Positions 19,324 through 29,733 of a DNA stretch of 64,000 bases are shown here, one piece after another. Numbering within the stretch: position 1 is the first letter of the stretch; the number at the start of each line of letters is the position of its first letter. This DNA comes from an uncultured Actinomycetota bacterium (GTDB lineage Bacteria; Actinomycetota; Thermoleophilia; RBG-16-64-13). The stretch is taken from assembly GCA_963843455.1 (NCBI GenBank), contig CAWJKE010000009.1, positions 3,691-67,690 of the forward strand, written 5' to 3'. A model generated the notes under the pieces. It did no database searches, was not told the origin of the DNA, and saw only the letters and a list, made by a program, of their open reading frames with translations. A program made the position numbers and the translations under genes.

Positions 19324-21731
19324 GCACCGCAGCCCCCTTCGACGGGCAAGCTCCGCTCGAAGAGCAAGCCCCACTTGATCCCCTCGAGCTCGAACGCATG
19401 AACGCGTACTGGCGGGCGGCAAACTACCTCTCTGTCGGTCAGATCTATCTCAAGGACAACCCGCTCCTGCGCCGGCCTCTCGGCAGAGAAGATATCAAGG
19501 CGCGGTTGCTTGGCCATTGGGGCACCTGCCCGGGCCTGAACCTCGTCTACGCGCACCTCAATAGGGTCATCAAAGCCCGCGATCTGGACGTGATCTACGT
19601 GTGCGGCCCGGGGCACGGGGGGCCGGCGATGGTGGCGAACGTGTATCTCGAAGGCACCTACAGCGAGTACTACAACCACATCTCGCGGAATGAAGTGGGC
19701 ATCCAACGCTTGTTCAAGCAATTCTCGTTCCCCGGCGGCATTCCCAGCCACGTCGCCCCCGAGACCCCGGGCTCCATCCACGAGGGGGGCGAGCTCGGCT
19801 ATTCGCTTGCGCATGCCTACGGGGCCGCCTTCGACAATCCCGATCTGATCGCCGTGTGCGTGATCGGTGATGGTGAAGCCGAGACCGGCGCTCTCGCGGC
19901 CGGCTGGCAGTCGAACAAGTTCCTCAACCCGGCCACCGATGGGGCGGTGCTGCCCATTCTCCACCTGAACGGGGCCAAGATCGCGGGTCCCACGGTCTTG
20001 TCGCGCATCAGCCGGGAAGAGTTGACCGCCTATCTACAAGGCTGCGGCCACACCCCCTACTTCGTCGAGGGGCAACACCCGGCGTCCGTGCACCAGCTCA
20101 TGGCCGCGACGCTCGACCATGTTCTGGACGAGATCGTGGAGCTCCAGCGGCGGGCGCGGGAAGCGGGGATCGTCGAGCGGCCCCGCTGGCCGATGATCGT
20201 CCTGGTCACCCCCAAAGGCTGGACAGGGCCCAAGACCGTCGACGGCAAGCCGGTGGAGGGCACCTTTCGCTCGCACCAGGTGCCCTTCTCCGACATGACC
20301 CCCGAGCACATCAAGTTGCTCGAAGAGTGGATGCGCAGCTACAAGCCGGAAGAGTTGTTCGACGAAGATGGGGCGCTGCGGCAGGAACTCGCCGCGCTCG
20401 CACCCGAAGGGAAGCGGCGGATGGGCGACAACCCGCACGCCAACGGCGGTCTGCTACTGCACGATCTCGAGCTGCCCGATTTCAGGGAGTTCGCCGTCGA
20501 GGTCGGCGCGCCTGGAACGACCAATGCCGAGTCCACCCGAATCATGGGCCAATTCCTCGCCGAGACGATGCGGCGCAACCTTGCCGCCAAGAACTTCCGC
20601 ATCTTCGGCCCCGACGAGACCGCCTCCAACCGTCTCGACGCGGTGCTCGACGTGACTCCCCGCACCTGGGAGGCGACCATACTGCCGGGCGACGATCGGC
20701 TATCGCCTTCGGGCCGGGTCATGGAGATCCTGAGCGAGCACACCATCGAGGGGTGGATCGAGGGATATCTCCTCACCGGGCGCCACGGTTTCTTCTCGTG
20801 CTACGAGGCGTTCATCCACATCATCTCGTCCATGTTCAACCAGCACGCCAAGTGGCTCGACGTCACCAGGGATATCCCCTGGCGGCGTCCCATCGCCTCG
20901 CTCAACTATCTGCTTACTTCCCACGTCTGGCGGCAGGACCACAATGGTTTCTCCCACCAGGACCCGGGCTTCATCGATCACGTACTGACCAAGAAGGCCG
21001 AGGTCACCCGAGTCTATCTGCCTCCCGACGCCAACACCCTGCTCGTGGTCACCGATACCTGTCTCCGAAGCCGGGGACTCACCAACGTCATCGTGGCCGG
21101 CAAGCAGCCGGAGCTGCAGTGGCTGGACATGACGTCCGCCATCCGGCACTGCGCGGCCGGCATCGGGATCTGGGAGTGGGCCGGCAACGACCAGGGGTGC
21201 GAGCCCGATGTGGTCATGGCCTGCGCGGGGGACGTGCCGACGATGGAGACGCTGGCCGCCGTCGATTTCCTGCGGAAGTACATACCAGGCCTGAGGATCC
21301 GGGTGGTCAACGTCGTGGATCTGATGACCCTGCAGCCTCATGAGGAGCATCCCAACGGGCTCACGAGCGGCGAGTTCGACTCGCTCTTCACTGCCGACAA
21401 GCCCATCATCTTCGCCTACCACGGCTATCCCTGGCTCATCCACCGCCTGACCTACCGGCGGACCGGTCACGACAACCTGCACGTGCGCGGCTACAAGGAG
21501 GAAGGGAGCACCACCACCCCGTTCGACATGACGGTGCGGAACGAGTTGGATAGGTTCAGCCTGGCCCGAGATGTCATCGACAGGGTGCCGGGGCTCGCGG
21601 AACGAGCGGCACACGTCAGGCAGATGCTCAGGGATGCGCACGTGGACCACGCCCAGTACATCCGGGAGACTGGGGACGATATGCCTGTGGTCAAGGAATG
21701 GAAATGGGGCTACTACGTGCAGTTGACATGA
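19320..21731 (+). CDS. xfp: Phosphoketolase (XFP/XPK)
   Basis: [52 protein letters not shown]. Confidence 0.95.
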   Translation: MSTAAPFDGQAPLEEQAPLDPLELERMNAYWRAANYLSVGQIYLKDNPLLRRPLGREDIKARLLGHWGTCPGLNLVYAHLNRVIKARDLDVIYVCGPGHGGPAMVANVYLEGTYSEYYNHISRNEVGIQRLFKQFSFPGGIPSHVAPETPGSIHEGGELGYSLAHAYGAAFDNPDLIAVCVIGDGEAETGALAAGWQSNKFLNPATDGAVLPILHLNGAKIAGPTVLSRISREELTAYLQGCGHTPYFVEGQHPASVHQLMAATLDHVLDEIVELQRRAREAGIVERPRWPMIVLVTPKGWTGPKTVDGKPVEGTFRSHQVPFSDMTPEHIKLLEEWMRSYKPEELFDEDGALRQELAALAPEGKRRMGDNPHANGGLLLHDLELPDFREFAVEVGAPGTTNAESTRIMGQFLAETMRRNLAAKNFRIFGPDETASNRLDAVLDVTPRTWEATILPGDDRLSPSGRVMEILSEHTIEGWIEGYLLTGRHGFFSCYEAFIHIISSMFNQHAKWLDVTRDIPWRRPIASLNYLLTSHVWRQDHNGFSHQDPGFIDHVLTKKAEVTRVYLPPDANTLLVVTDTCLRSRGLTNVIVAGKQPELQWLDMTSAIRHCAAGIGIWEWAGNDQGCEPDVVMACAGDVPTMETLAAVDFLRKYIPGLRIRVVNVVDLMTLQPHEEHPNGLTSGEFDSLFTADKPIIFAYHGYPWLIHRLTYRRTGHDNLHVRGYKEEGSTTTPFDMTVRNELDRFSLARDVIDRVPGLAERAAHVRQMLRDAHVDHAQYIRETGDDMPVVKEWKWGYYVQLT

Positions 21732-22558
21732 CGCAAGTGATTCTTCTCGGCATCGTCGGCCTGATAGGCGGTACCTTCGGATCCATGGTCGGATTGGGCG
21801 GGGGAGTCTTCATCATCCCGGCGCTCACCCTGTTCATGGGCGTACCGATCCACAGCGCCATATCGGCAAGCCTTGTCGCGGTAGTCGCTACGTCGACCAC
21901 CGCCGCCGCGGCCTACGTGCGCGAGGATCTCTCCAACATGCGTCTGGGGATGACCTTGGAGACGATGACCGTCTCGGGGGCGCTCGTCGGCGGCTTCGTG
22001 GGGGCCAGTCTCAGTAAGGGGGCGCTGTCGGCCGTGTTCGGCGCCGTGATGATCGCGGTGTCGGTCTACATGGTGGCGGGCAAGCGGGCGGTCCGGGCCC
22101 CCGTGGCGCACGACGAGGATCTCGGGCTGCTGGGCCATTCCTACTTCGACCGCAACCTGCAGACGCTCGTCAGCTACAGGGTCCGCAGGCTACCGGTCGG
22201 CATGGGCGTCTCGGGCGTGGCTGGAGCCGTCTCGGGCCTGCTCGGCGTGGGAGGGGGCTTCCTCAAGGTCCCCGTCATGGTGCTTGCCATGGGAATCCCG
22301 GTCAGGGCGGCGGTCTCTACAAGCAGTTTCATGATCGGCGTCACCGCCTGCGCGAGCTCCGTGGTCTTTTTCGCCCGGGGCCTGGTCGACCCGACGGTGG
22401 CGGTACCGGTGGTGTTCGGCGTGACCCTGGGGGCCTACGTCGGGTCGAAGCTCACTCTTCGCGTGAGGAGTTCGGTACTCACCGTGTTGCTCGCCATCGT
22501 GCTGTTCGCCCTTTCGGTCCAGATGATCCTCAGTGCCGTGGGCATCAGCGTACGGTGA
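21728..22558 (+). CDS. Sulfite exporter TauE/SafE family membrane protein
   Basis: [14 protein letters not shown] and [14 protein letters not shown] repeats; ATGA overlap with xfp. Confidence 0.88.
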   Translation: MTQVILLGIVGLIGGTFGSMVGLGGGVFIIPALTLFMGVPIHSAISASLVAVVATSTTAAAAYVREDLSNMRLGMTLETMTVSGALVGGFVGASLSKGALSAVFGAVMIAVSVYMVAGKRAVRAPVAHDEDLGLLGHSYFDRNLQTLVSYRVRRLPVGMGVSGVAGAVSGLLGVGGGFLKVPVMVLAMGIPVRAAVSTSSFMIGVTACASSVVFFARGLVDPTVAVPVVFGVTLGAYVGSKLTLRVRSSVLTVLLAIVLFALSVQMILSAVGISVR

Positions 22559-22941
22559 GCCCCTTCGAAGCCACCCCGCACGTCCGCGACGAGCACCGCG
22601 AGGAGATGCGGCTCAACAGTGTCATCTCCAGGGTGCTGGTGGTCGGCCTCCTGGCAGCCATCGCCCTACTCGTCGTCGGCGTGATCCTGACGATCGCCCG
22701 GCCGGGAGTGCCCATCCCTCACTCCACCTCGATCAAAGACATACCGGCGCAACTCGCCGCGCTCGAACCCGGGGGTTTCTACCAGTTGGGTCTTCTCGTG
22801 CTTCTGGCGACGCCGTTCGCCCGCGTGGTGGCGCTGGGCGTCGCTTATACCCAGCGCCGTCAGTGGCTCTTCGCCGGCATCAGCTTCGTCGTGATGGCCA
22901 TGTTGATACTCGGGGCGGTTCTGGGACTCAGCCTGGGCTAG
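22555..22941 (+). CDS. DUF1634-like membrane protein
   Basis: 3 TM, GLLVLLATPFARV; usual partner of TauE genes. Confidence 0.75.
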   Translation: MSPFEATPHVRDEHREEMRLNSVISRVLVVGLLAAIALLVVGVILTIARPGVPIPHSTSIKDIPAQLAALEPGGFYQLGLLVLLATPFARVVALGVAYTQRRQWLFAGISFVVMAMLILGAVLGLSLG

Positions 22942-23000
22942 GCCGGAAACGCTCGCTCGGGTTTGGCGCGCCCTCAACGGTTCAGCTAGAATCGCCGACG

Positions 23001-24008
23001 ATGTCCGTCTTCCTCCTTATAGTCGCCTTCGCGGTCATCCTGGCCGGCTGCGAGCTGTTCGTCAACGGCATCGAGTGGTTTGGGCGAAAGCTCAACCTGG
23101 GTGAGGGGGCGGTCGGCAGCGTGCTGGCGGCGGTCGGCACCGCCCTTCCCGAGACGATCATCCCGCTCATCGCCATCCTGTTCACCGGGGGAGTGGCCGG
23201 CGACGCGATCGGGATCGGGGCCATCCTTGGCGCCCCCTTCATGCTGTCGACGCTGGCCATCTGCGTCTGCGGTATCTCGGTCGTCATCTTCACGTGGAGG
23301 AAGAGGCGCACGATCAAGATCCGCTTCAACCGTGAGATCATGCGCCGGGATCTCGCCTTCTTCCTCGGGGCCTACGCGGCCGCCATCGCCGTCGGCATCA
23401 TCCACGTGAAGGTTCTCCACTATGTGGTCGCAGGGCTGCTACTAGTGGCATACGGCATCTATGTACAGCGGACCATGAGGAGCGAAGGAGACCTGGAAGG
23501 CGAGACCCGTGCGCTGTACTTTCACCGCACCGCGGAATCTCCGGAACTCCACCGGGTGATACTGCAGATAATAGTTGCCCTCGCGGCCATCATCTTTGGA
23601 GCCGATCTGTTCGTGCGCGAACTCACCTCTCTCTCCGTGGCTCTTGGCGTGCCCATGCTGGTCATCTCCCTGCTGATCACGCCTATCGCGACCGAGCTTC
23701 CGGAGAAGTTCAACAGCGTGATGTGGATGAGGCAGAAGAAGGACACCCTGGCGCTCGGGAACATCACCGGCGCGATGGTCTTCCAGAGTACGTTCCCCGT
23801 GGCCATCGGCCTCGTCTTCACCGAGTGGCGCCTGTGGGGAGAGGGCGCATGGTACGCGGCCGTGGCCGCCGGTCTTGCCCTTCTCTCGGGGGCCATACTC
23901 TACGGCAGGCTACGTTTCACCAAGAAAGGGTTCGGTGTGGGCTCACTTCTGTTCGGAGGGTTGCTCTACGCCGCTTTCTTGGGCGTGACGCTCTGGTCGG
24001 TCCTCTAG
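23001..24008 (+). CDS. Cation/Ca2+ (CaCA, YrbG-like) antiporter
   Basis: Alpha repeats GTALPE and ATELPEK, GNITG; ATG 23001. Confidence 0.88.
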   Translation: MSVFLLIVAFAVILAGCELFVNGIEWFGRKLNLGEGAVGSVLAAVGTALPETIIPLIAILFTGGVAGDAIGIGAILGAPFMLSTLAICVCGISVVIFTWRKRRTIKIRFNREIMRRDLAFFLGAYAAAIAVGIIHVKVLHYVVAGLLLVAYGIYVQRTMRSEGDLEGETRALYFHRTAESPELHRVILQIIVALAAIIFGADLFVRELTSLSVALGVPMLVISLLITPIATELPEKFNSVMWMRQKKDTLALGNITGAMVFQSTFPVAIGLVFTEWRLWGEGAWYAAVAAGLALLSGAILYGRLRFTKKGFGVGSLLFGGLLYAAFLGVTLWSVL

Positions 24009-24019
24009 GAGGCGGCCGA

Positions 24020-25639
24020 TCAGTCTCCGTCGGGTCCCGGGCTGCGGACGCTCGCCTGAGCGCCGCGGCGGCCGAGGACCCACTGCTCCAGCGCCTCTGC
24101 CACGCCGTCGCGGAGGTTCGAAGAGGTGATCACGTCGGCCGCCGCCTTGGCGGCAGGACCGGCGTTGCCCATGGCGACGCCCACCCCGGCCCACTGCAGC
24201 AGGACGGCATCGCTGTCGTGGTCTCCGATCGCCATCACCTGCTCGGCCGGGATCTGCATCTGGCGGGCAAATTGCTGTGCCATAGCCGCTTTGGAGGCGT
24301 CGATGGACGTGAAGTCGAGGATCCCGGGAACGTTCTCGTAGATGTTCGCCCTTCCGGAAAACGTTCGCTGCAGGACAAGCCCGGCCGCCGCCCCGTTGTC
24401 GTCGCCTAGGTCGCGGAGGTCGATGAAGACCTTGTCGATGGGTTCTCCCGCCTTGATGACCTCGTCGACGCGGCCTACCTCGTGCGGTTCCGACACCTCG
24501 TAGTTGAGTATCCCGTCCCGCACGAGATCGGCCAGCCGGTCGGTGAACCACTCGTCGTCGCTCTCCACGTTGGCGACGGCACCCAGGTCGCGGCCTGCAG
24601 CCACTATTTCGGAGGCGAGGGCGGCAGAGAGCGAGACGCGCGACGACCCGGCACCGGCCTGGACGTTCCATAGGAGGGCTCCGTCGCAGGCGATCATCGG
24701 GGTCATGAGTCCGAGTTGCTGGTGGAAGGGACGCATGGCTCGGGGCGGCCGGGACGAGACGAGGACCACTTCTACTCCGCCCTCGCGCACGTTGGCGATC
24801 GTCCGCTTGACCCGCTCGGAGATATGCCTGGGTCCCGATACGAGCGTACCGTGCAGGTCGATGAACACCAGCCGCATCATCCGGCCCGTTCCCGCCAGTT
24901 GCGCCAGCCCACGGGCGACGTAGTCCAGATGGTGGCGCATCGCTTGGCGCGCCTTCTGCTCGTCCCCCGCCCTGATGGCTCTCCGGATGGCCTCGTGCTG
25001 CTGATGCAGGGCCACACCTCCGCCGGGCTCCGCGTAGTAGGCGCTGAGGATGGCCTCCATGTGATCGTGGAGCAGAGCCGCGGGCTCCTGGATGACCCGC
25101 TCAAAAAGCGGATTGTGGGTCGCCTGAGCGATCGAGGCGTGAAAAGCAGCGTCGTCGTCGGGGGACAATTGCCTGCCCGGACCGGCGGCGAGGATGGATA
25201 GGCGATGCAGGTCCTCCACGGTGGCCCGGCGGGCGGCCAGGCCGGCGGCCTCGATCTCCACCGCGCTTCGTATCTCCATCAGCTCAGCCATCCGCTCGGC
25301 GCCGGCGCCGAGAAGAGAAGCCAGCGGAGCGGAAAAGCTGGGCGAGGGTATGTTGGCGACGTTGGTACCTTGAGCGCCCCGCCCCACCACGAGAAGCCCT
25401 TGCGCTTTTAGCTCGCGCAGCGCCTCTCGTACCGCCGGACGGCCGACGCCCAGCCGGCTGGCCAGATCGCGCTCGGAGGGTATTCGGCCGCCCGCCCTGT
25501 ACTCGCCCGAGTGGATGAGCTGGCGAAGTTGCTCGGCGACCTGATCGGTGATAGTGCTGGGGACGACCGGTTTCAGCAGCGGTTCCCGCTGCTTGTCGCC
25601 GGCATGCTCGTCCGAGGAAGCGCCCGAAGTCATAGGCAT
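24020..25639 (-). CDS. FadR/GntR transcriptional regulator fused to a Cof-type HAD-IIB domain
   Basis: HTH PSERDLASRLGVGRPAVREAL + FCD domain, then MMRLVFIDLHGTL...AIGDHDSD..GVAMGNA in one frame. Confidence 0.8.
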   Translation of the reverse strand: MPMTSGASSDEHAGDKQREPLLKPVVPSTITDQVAEQLRQLIHSGEYRAGGRIPSERDLASRLGVGRPAVREALRELKAQGLLVVGRGAQGTNVANIPSPSFSAPLASLLGAGAERMAELMEIRSAVEIEAAGLAARRATVEDLHRLSILAAGPGRQLSPDDDAAFHASIAQATHNPLFERVIQEPAALLHDHMEAILSAYYAEPGGGVALHQQHEAIRRAIRAGDEQKARQAMRHHLDYVARGLAQLAGTGRMMRLVFIDLHGTLVSGPRHISERVKRTIANVREGGVEVVLVSSRPPRAMRPFHQQLGLMTPMIACDGALLWNVQAGAGSSRVSLSAALASEIVAAGRDLGAVANVESDDEWFTDRLADLVRDGILNYEVSEPHEVGRVDEVIKAGEPIDKVFIDLRDLGDDNGAAAGLVLQRTFSGRANIYENVPGILDFTSIDASKAAMAQQFARQMQIPAEQVMAIGDHDSDAVLLQWAGVGVAMGNAGPAAKAAADVITSSNLRDGVAEALEQWVLGRRGAQASVRSPGPDGD

Positions 25640-25706
25640 GATGGTAACACCATCATGCTCGAGAGCGCAAACTCACGGAGAGAAAAGGCGACTGACGGGG
25701 AGGCCG

Positions 25707-26510
25707 CTAGCTTCCGGCGCGGTCCGCCTCCGCCAGTGCTGGGTCGGCCTCTGTTGCGGCCAGAACCGCCAGTTCCCGCCGCCGGTCCTTCCGCTTGGCG
25801 GCCAGTCTGGCCAATTGGATGCCGAACTCGTAGAGGACGATCAGCGGACCGAGCATGAGCATCATGCTGACCGGGTCCTGGCTTGGCGTGAGGATCATGG
25901 CGATGACCGCCATCACCAGGACGGCGTACTTGCGCCACTTGCGCATACTGACGTCGCTGATCAATCCGGCCCAGGCGAGAAGCATCATGATAAGCGGCAG
26001 CTCAAAGACGACGCCGAAGGCGAGCAGGAACATGGAGATGAAGCTGAAGTAGCGCTCGGCTTGGAAGAGCTGGTTGAAGAACTGGTCGCCGTAGCCGACC
26101 AAGAACCGAAGGCCGACAGGTAACACGATCAAGTAGCCGAAGCTGATCCCGGCCAAGAAAAGGGCGGTCGTGAAGAGGACATAGGGGACGACACTGCGCT
26201 TTTCGTTCTCGTACAGAGCGGGCATGATGAAGGCCCAGAACTGATAGAGAAGGAAGGGCAGAGCGATGACGAGGCCGGCGTAGATCGAGACCTTGAGTAT
26301 CTGCATGAAGGCCTCGGTCACGCCGAAGGTGGCCAGATTCTCGGTGAAACCGGCCATACGAAGAGGCCGCATGAGCAGGGCAAGCACGTAGTCTTTCGCG
26401 ACGAAGGCCCCGACCACGCACACCAAGACCACGATCGCGCTGTACGTGAGCCGCTTGCGTAGCTCGCCAAGATGCCCCATGAGGGGCATCGTCTTCGGAT
26501 CTTTGCTCAC
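25707..26510 (-). CDS. tatC: Twin-arginine translocase subunit TatC
   Basis: MPLMGHLGELRKRL, FLLYQFWAFIMPALY, FELP, LTPSQDP, LYE. Confidence 0.95.
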   Translation of the reverse strand: MSKDPKTMPLMGHLGELRKRLTYSAIVVLVCVVGAFVAKDYVLALLMRPLRMAGFTENLATFGVTEAFMQILKVSIYAGLVIALPFLLYQFWAFIMPALYENEKRSVVPYVLFTTALFLAGISFGYLIVLPVGLRFLVGYGDQFFNQLFQAERYFSFISMFLLAFGVVFELPLIMMLLAWAGLISDVSMRKWRKYAVLVMAVIAMILTPSQDPVSMMLMLGPLIVLYEFGIQLARLAAKRKDRRRELAVLAATEADPALAEADRAGS

Positions 26511-26680
26511 TGGACCCTCAGCCTACGAAACGGCGCAACTCAAAATCTCTGATCCTCCAGGATCGTTCAGGGGGAGAGTATAGCCCACACCCGGCGCCGC
26601 AACCCGCGCGCGGCGCCTCCTCTGGCAACCGCCGGATGACTTCTGGGAGCGCACTGCCGCACACAATATGCCGCTGGGGT

Positions 26681-26713
26681 TTGCAGGTGCGTCGGCAATT
26701 TGTTATGTTGCCG
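26681..26713 (+). promoter_or_regulatory. Putative sigma70-type nuo promoter with an overlapping inverted repeat
   Basis: TTGCAG-17nt-TATGTT with extended TGn; CGGCAA-N9-TTGCCG spans the -10. Confidence 0.45.
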
Positions 26714-26777
26714 CGTAGCGCGCAGCCGTGCCGGGGGGGCCGGTCCGAAGCTGGCCGGCGCTGAGCAAGGAGTTCGT

Positions 26778-27146
26778 TTGGTCAGTCCGACTATCGACCT
26801 GGTCATCCAGTTCGGTCTCATGTTCGCAATTGGCGCCGCGATGGCGGTCGCGTTTGTGTTCATATCCCACTTGCTTTCTCCCAAAAGCAGGAATCCCAAC
26901 AAGGGCCGAGCTTACGAATGCGGCGTAGAACCCAAAGCCGATGCCCGGGCGCCCCTCAACGTCCATTACTATCTGGTGGCCGTGCTCTTCGTGCTGTTCG
27001 ACCTCGAAGCCGTCTTCATCTACCCCTGGGCGGTGTCGCTGCGCTCTCTCGGGACGGGCGCCCTGGTGGAGATGTTCGTGTTCATAGCCATTCTCCTCGT
27101 CGGCTACTTCTACGCGTGGAAGAAGGGCGTGTTCGAATGGGAATAA
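26778..27146 (+). CDS. nuoA: Complex I subunit A
   Basis: [30 protein letters not shown]; TTG after AAGGAG. Confidence 0.92.
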   Translation: MVSPTIDLVIQFGLMFAIGAAMAVAFVFISHLLSPKSRNPNKGRAYECGVEPKADARAPLNVHYYLVAVLFVLFDLEAVFIYPWAVSLRSLGTGALVEMFVFIAILLVGYFYAWKKGVFEWE

Positions 27147-28414
27147 GCGAAGGGCGTCCTTTCCTCACAGTGCGGGACGGCCTTCTGCAGCCGGCGCTCG
27201 AAGAGGTCATACGGCCGGGCGGGCGACTCCTGCTGCCGGGGCAGGAGCCGGCGGACGAGCCGCTCGGCGGCGGTCCCGTCCTGTTCCCGGGCGGCATAGC
27301 CATGCCGGTGCAGGTAGAGCGCGTCCTCGGCTTCGGCCGTAGCTTCTCCTTTTGGCCTCTACTGTTCGGGCTCGCCTGCTGCGCCATCGAGATGATGGCT
27401 CTGGGCGGCTCGCGCTTCGACATGTCTCGGTTCGGGATGGAGGCCATGCGCGCCTCGCCGCGCCAAGCCGATGGCATGATCGTCGCCGGCTGGTGCAGCA
27501 CCAAGATGGCTCCCCGGGTGGTGCGCCTCTACGAGCAGATCCCCGACCCCAAGTGGGTGCTGGCCATGGGATCCTGCGCCATCTCGGGGAACATCTGGGA
27601 CACCTACAGCGTGGTACAGGGGGTCGACAGCCTCATCCCGGTGGACGTCTACGTGCCCGGCTGCCCGCCCCGCCCCGAAGCTCTATGGCAGGGGCTGGAG
27701 ATGATCCGGGAGCGCATCAAGCAAAGCCGGCACGCCTACGACGGGCTGCGGCGCATCCCCGCCCGAGATCTCTTGGCGGCGAGCGCCGGCGAAGGACTCT
27801 GCCCGCCGGACGCCTATTCGGCGCCCACATCGATCGCCGGGCCCGGGCGTGGAGGAGACGGTATGACACCGGGCGAGGACGGACCTCAGGTGCTGTCTGA
27901 GTCCCAGGCGTTGCCTGCATCCCTGTCGGCCGCGGCAGACGCACTGGGCTCGACATTCGGGGAGCGGATCGTCGAGCGTACCGAGTTCCGGGGCGATCTG
28001 ACGCTCGGCGTCGACCCCGCGGCCTGGCTTGACGTGCTCACCTTCTGCCGGGACGATCCCTCCGCGGCCTTCGACCAACTGGACTGCCTGCTGGGCGACC
28101 ATCTGCCCGAACGGGTCGACGCACCCTTCGCCGTCGTGGCCCATCTGCTCTCGCACACCCACGGCCACCGTCTGCGGGTGAAGACCGCGCTCACCGAGGG
28201 ACAGGCGCTGCCGACGGTCACGGGGTTGTGGCCGTCCGCGGACTTCGACGAGCGGGAGACCTGGGAGATGTTCGGTATCGTCTTTGCAGGTCATCCCAAT
28301 CTGCGCCGGCTTCTGACCACCGAAGACTTCGAAGGCTTCCCGTTGCGCAAGGACTTCCCCCTCAAGGGGACCGTGGGCGGGCGCGTCCGCACCGACCTGC
28401 GGGGCAAGATCTGA
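27137..28414 (+). CDS. nuoBC: Complex I subunits B and C in a single ORF (NuoC region begins at ATG 27863)
   Basis: [31 protein letters not shown]; then [26 protein letters not shown]. Confidence 0.9.
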   Translation: MGISEGRPFLTVRDGLLQPALEEVIRPGGRLLLPGQEPADEPLGGGPVLFPGGIAMPVQVERVLGFGRSFSFWPLLFGLACCAIEMMALGGSRFDMSRFGMEAMRASPRQADGMIVAGWCSTKMAPRVVRLYEQIPDPKWVLAMGSCAISGNIWDTYSVVQGVDSLIPVDVYVPGCPPRPEALWQGLEMIRERIKQSRHAYDGLRRIPARDLLAASAGEGLCPPDAYSAPTSIAGPGRGGDGMTPGEDGPQVLSESQALPASLSAAADALGSTFGERIVERTEFRGDLTLGVDPAAWLDVLTFCRDDPSAAFDQLDCLLGDHLPERVDAPFAVVAHLLSHTHGHRLRVKTALTEGQALPTVTGLWPSADFDERETWEMFGIVFAGHPNLRRLLTTEDFEGFPLRKDFPLKGTVGGRVRTDLRGKI

Positions 28415-29733
28415 TGACCGACCAGTCTCACGACCCCATTCCGGCGCACGACGCCGGCCAGGGCGGCCACGGGGCGCACCCGGAGGCGGTCTCTGTCGCG
28501 GCCGCTCGCCCCACCCAGGAGGATCTGGCGGCGCGCAAGGCCCGGACGCGCCAGCATCGCGAGCACACCGGCGACATCATGACCATCAGCATGGGGCCGC
28601 AGCACCCGTCCATGCACGGGGTGTACCGCGCCGAACTGGACCTCGATGGTGAGGTCATCGTGGCCGTGCGCCCGGAGATCGGCAACCTCCACCGGGGCGT
28701 GGAGAAGCTCTGCGAGGAACGGAACTACCACCAGATCATCCCCCTTACCGACCGCTTGGACTATCTCAGCGCCTTCGCCATGAACCACGGGTTCTGCGAA
28801 GCGGCCGAAAAGCTCATGCAGGTGGAGGTGCCTCCGCGCGCGCAGTACATCAGGACTATCGCCAGCGAGTTGTGCCGGCTGTCCAACCACATCATGTGGC
28901 TGGGCGTCCACATCATGGACCTGGGCACGCAGACCTTCTTCGTCATCTGCTTCCGCGACCGGGAGTACGTGATGGATCTTTTCGAGATGCTCACCGGCGC
29001 CCGGCTCACCCACTCGTTCGCCCGCATCGGCGGGGTGGCGAAAGACCTGCCCGATGGCTTCGAGCACCGCTGCCGCAAGGTCATCGACTTCCTGCCTAAA
29101 CGGGTGGCGGAATACGAACGGATCATCAAGCACAACCGCATCTACTACAAGCGGGCAAAGGGCGTCGGCATCTTCACCGCCGCCGACTGCTACGCCTGGC
29201 GGGTCACCGGGCCGCCATTGCGCTCCGCGGGCGTGGCCCGGGACCTGCGCAAAGACGAGCCCTACGCGGCCTACGCCGAGGTCGACTTCGAAGTCGCGGT
29301 GGAGTACAACGCCGACGTGTACGACCGGTTCCTCGTGCGCATGAAGGAGATCCGGGAGTCGTGCAAGATCATCCGGCAGTGCCTCGACCAGATGCCGGAC
29401 GGCGATTTCATGGCCCGTGACGCACTGCACACGTTGCCGCGCAAACCGGATGTCCTCCGAGGAGCCCCGGCGATGATCCAGGATTTCAACCAGGTCTTCC
29501 GGGGGCCGCAGGCCCCCAAAGGCGAGGTCTACCGGGCTATCGAAGTGCCCAAGGGCGAGATGGGCGTCTACATCCGCTCGGAGGGCGGCCCGCGGCCCGC
29601 GCGCGTCCACTTCGCCACTCCGAGCTTCTACCACGGCCAGGCCGTTCCGCCCCTCGTTGAGGGGGAGATGATCGCCGACATGGTCGCCATCTTCGCGAGC
29701 ATCGATGTGGTGCTGGGGGACTGCGATCGATGA
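28414..29733 (+). CDS. nuoD: Complex I subunit D
   Basis: MGPQHPSMHG, HRGVEK, DRLDY, EVPKGE, SIDVVLGDCDR; no NiFe CxxC motifs. Confidence 0.93.
   Translation: MTDQSHDPIPAHDAGQGGHGAHPEAVSVAAARPTQEDLAARKARTRQHREHTGDIMTISMGPQHPSMHGVYRAELDLDGEVIVAVRPEIGNLHRGVEKLCEERNYHQIIPLTDRLDYLSAFAMNHGFCEAAEKLMQVEVPPRAQYIRTIASELCRLSNHIMWLGVHIMDLGTQTFFVICFRDREYVMDLFEMLTGARLTHSFARIGGVAKDLPDGFEHRCRKVIDFLPKRVAEYERIIKHNRIYYKRAKGVGIFTAADCYAWRVTGPPLRSAGVARDLRKDEPYAAYAEVDFEVAVEYNADVYDRFLVRMKEIRESCKIIRQCLDQMPDGDFMARDALHTLPRKPDVLRGAPAMIQDFNQVFRGPQAPKGEVYRAIEVPKGEMGVYIRSEGGPRPARVHFATPSFYHGQAVPPLVEGEMIADMVAIFASIDVVLGDCDR

Noticed and set aside
22533-23000. Long upstream extensions of ORF calls (also 4850-5392, 26918-27136, 50499-50615, 59044-59133)
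   Set aside because: They overlap other genes or lack an RBS; downstream starts with SD motifs fit family N-termini
26511-26560. GGAGG + TTG six-codon mini-ORF ending in TAG, in frame with tatC
   Set aside because: Too short to distinguish from chance; no evidence for read-through or pyrrolysine machinery
26778-29733. Group 4 NiFe hydrogenase interpretation
   Set aside because: NuoD lacks both CxxC Ni-binding motifs and has the quinone-site GPQHP and DRLDY
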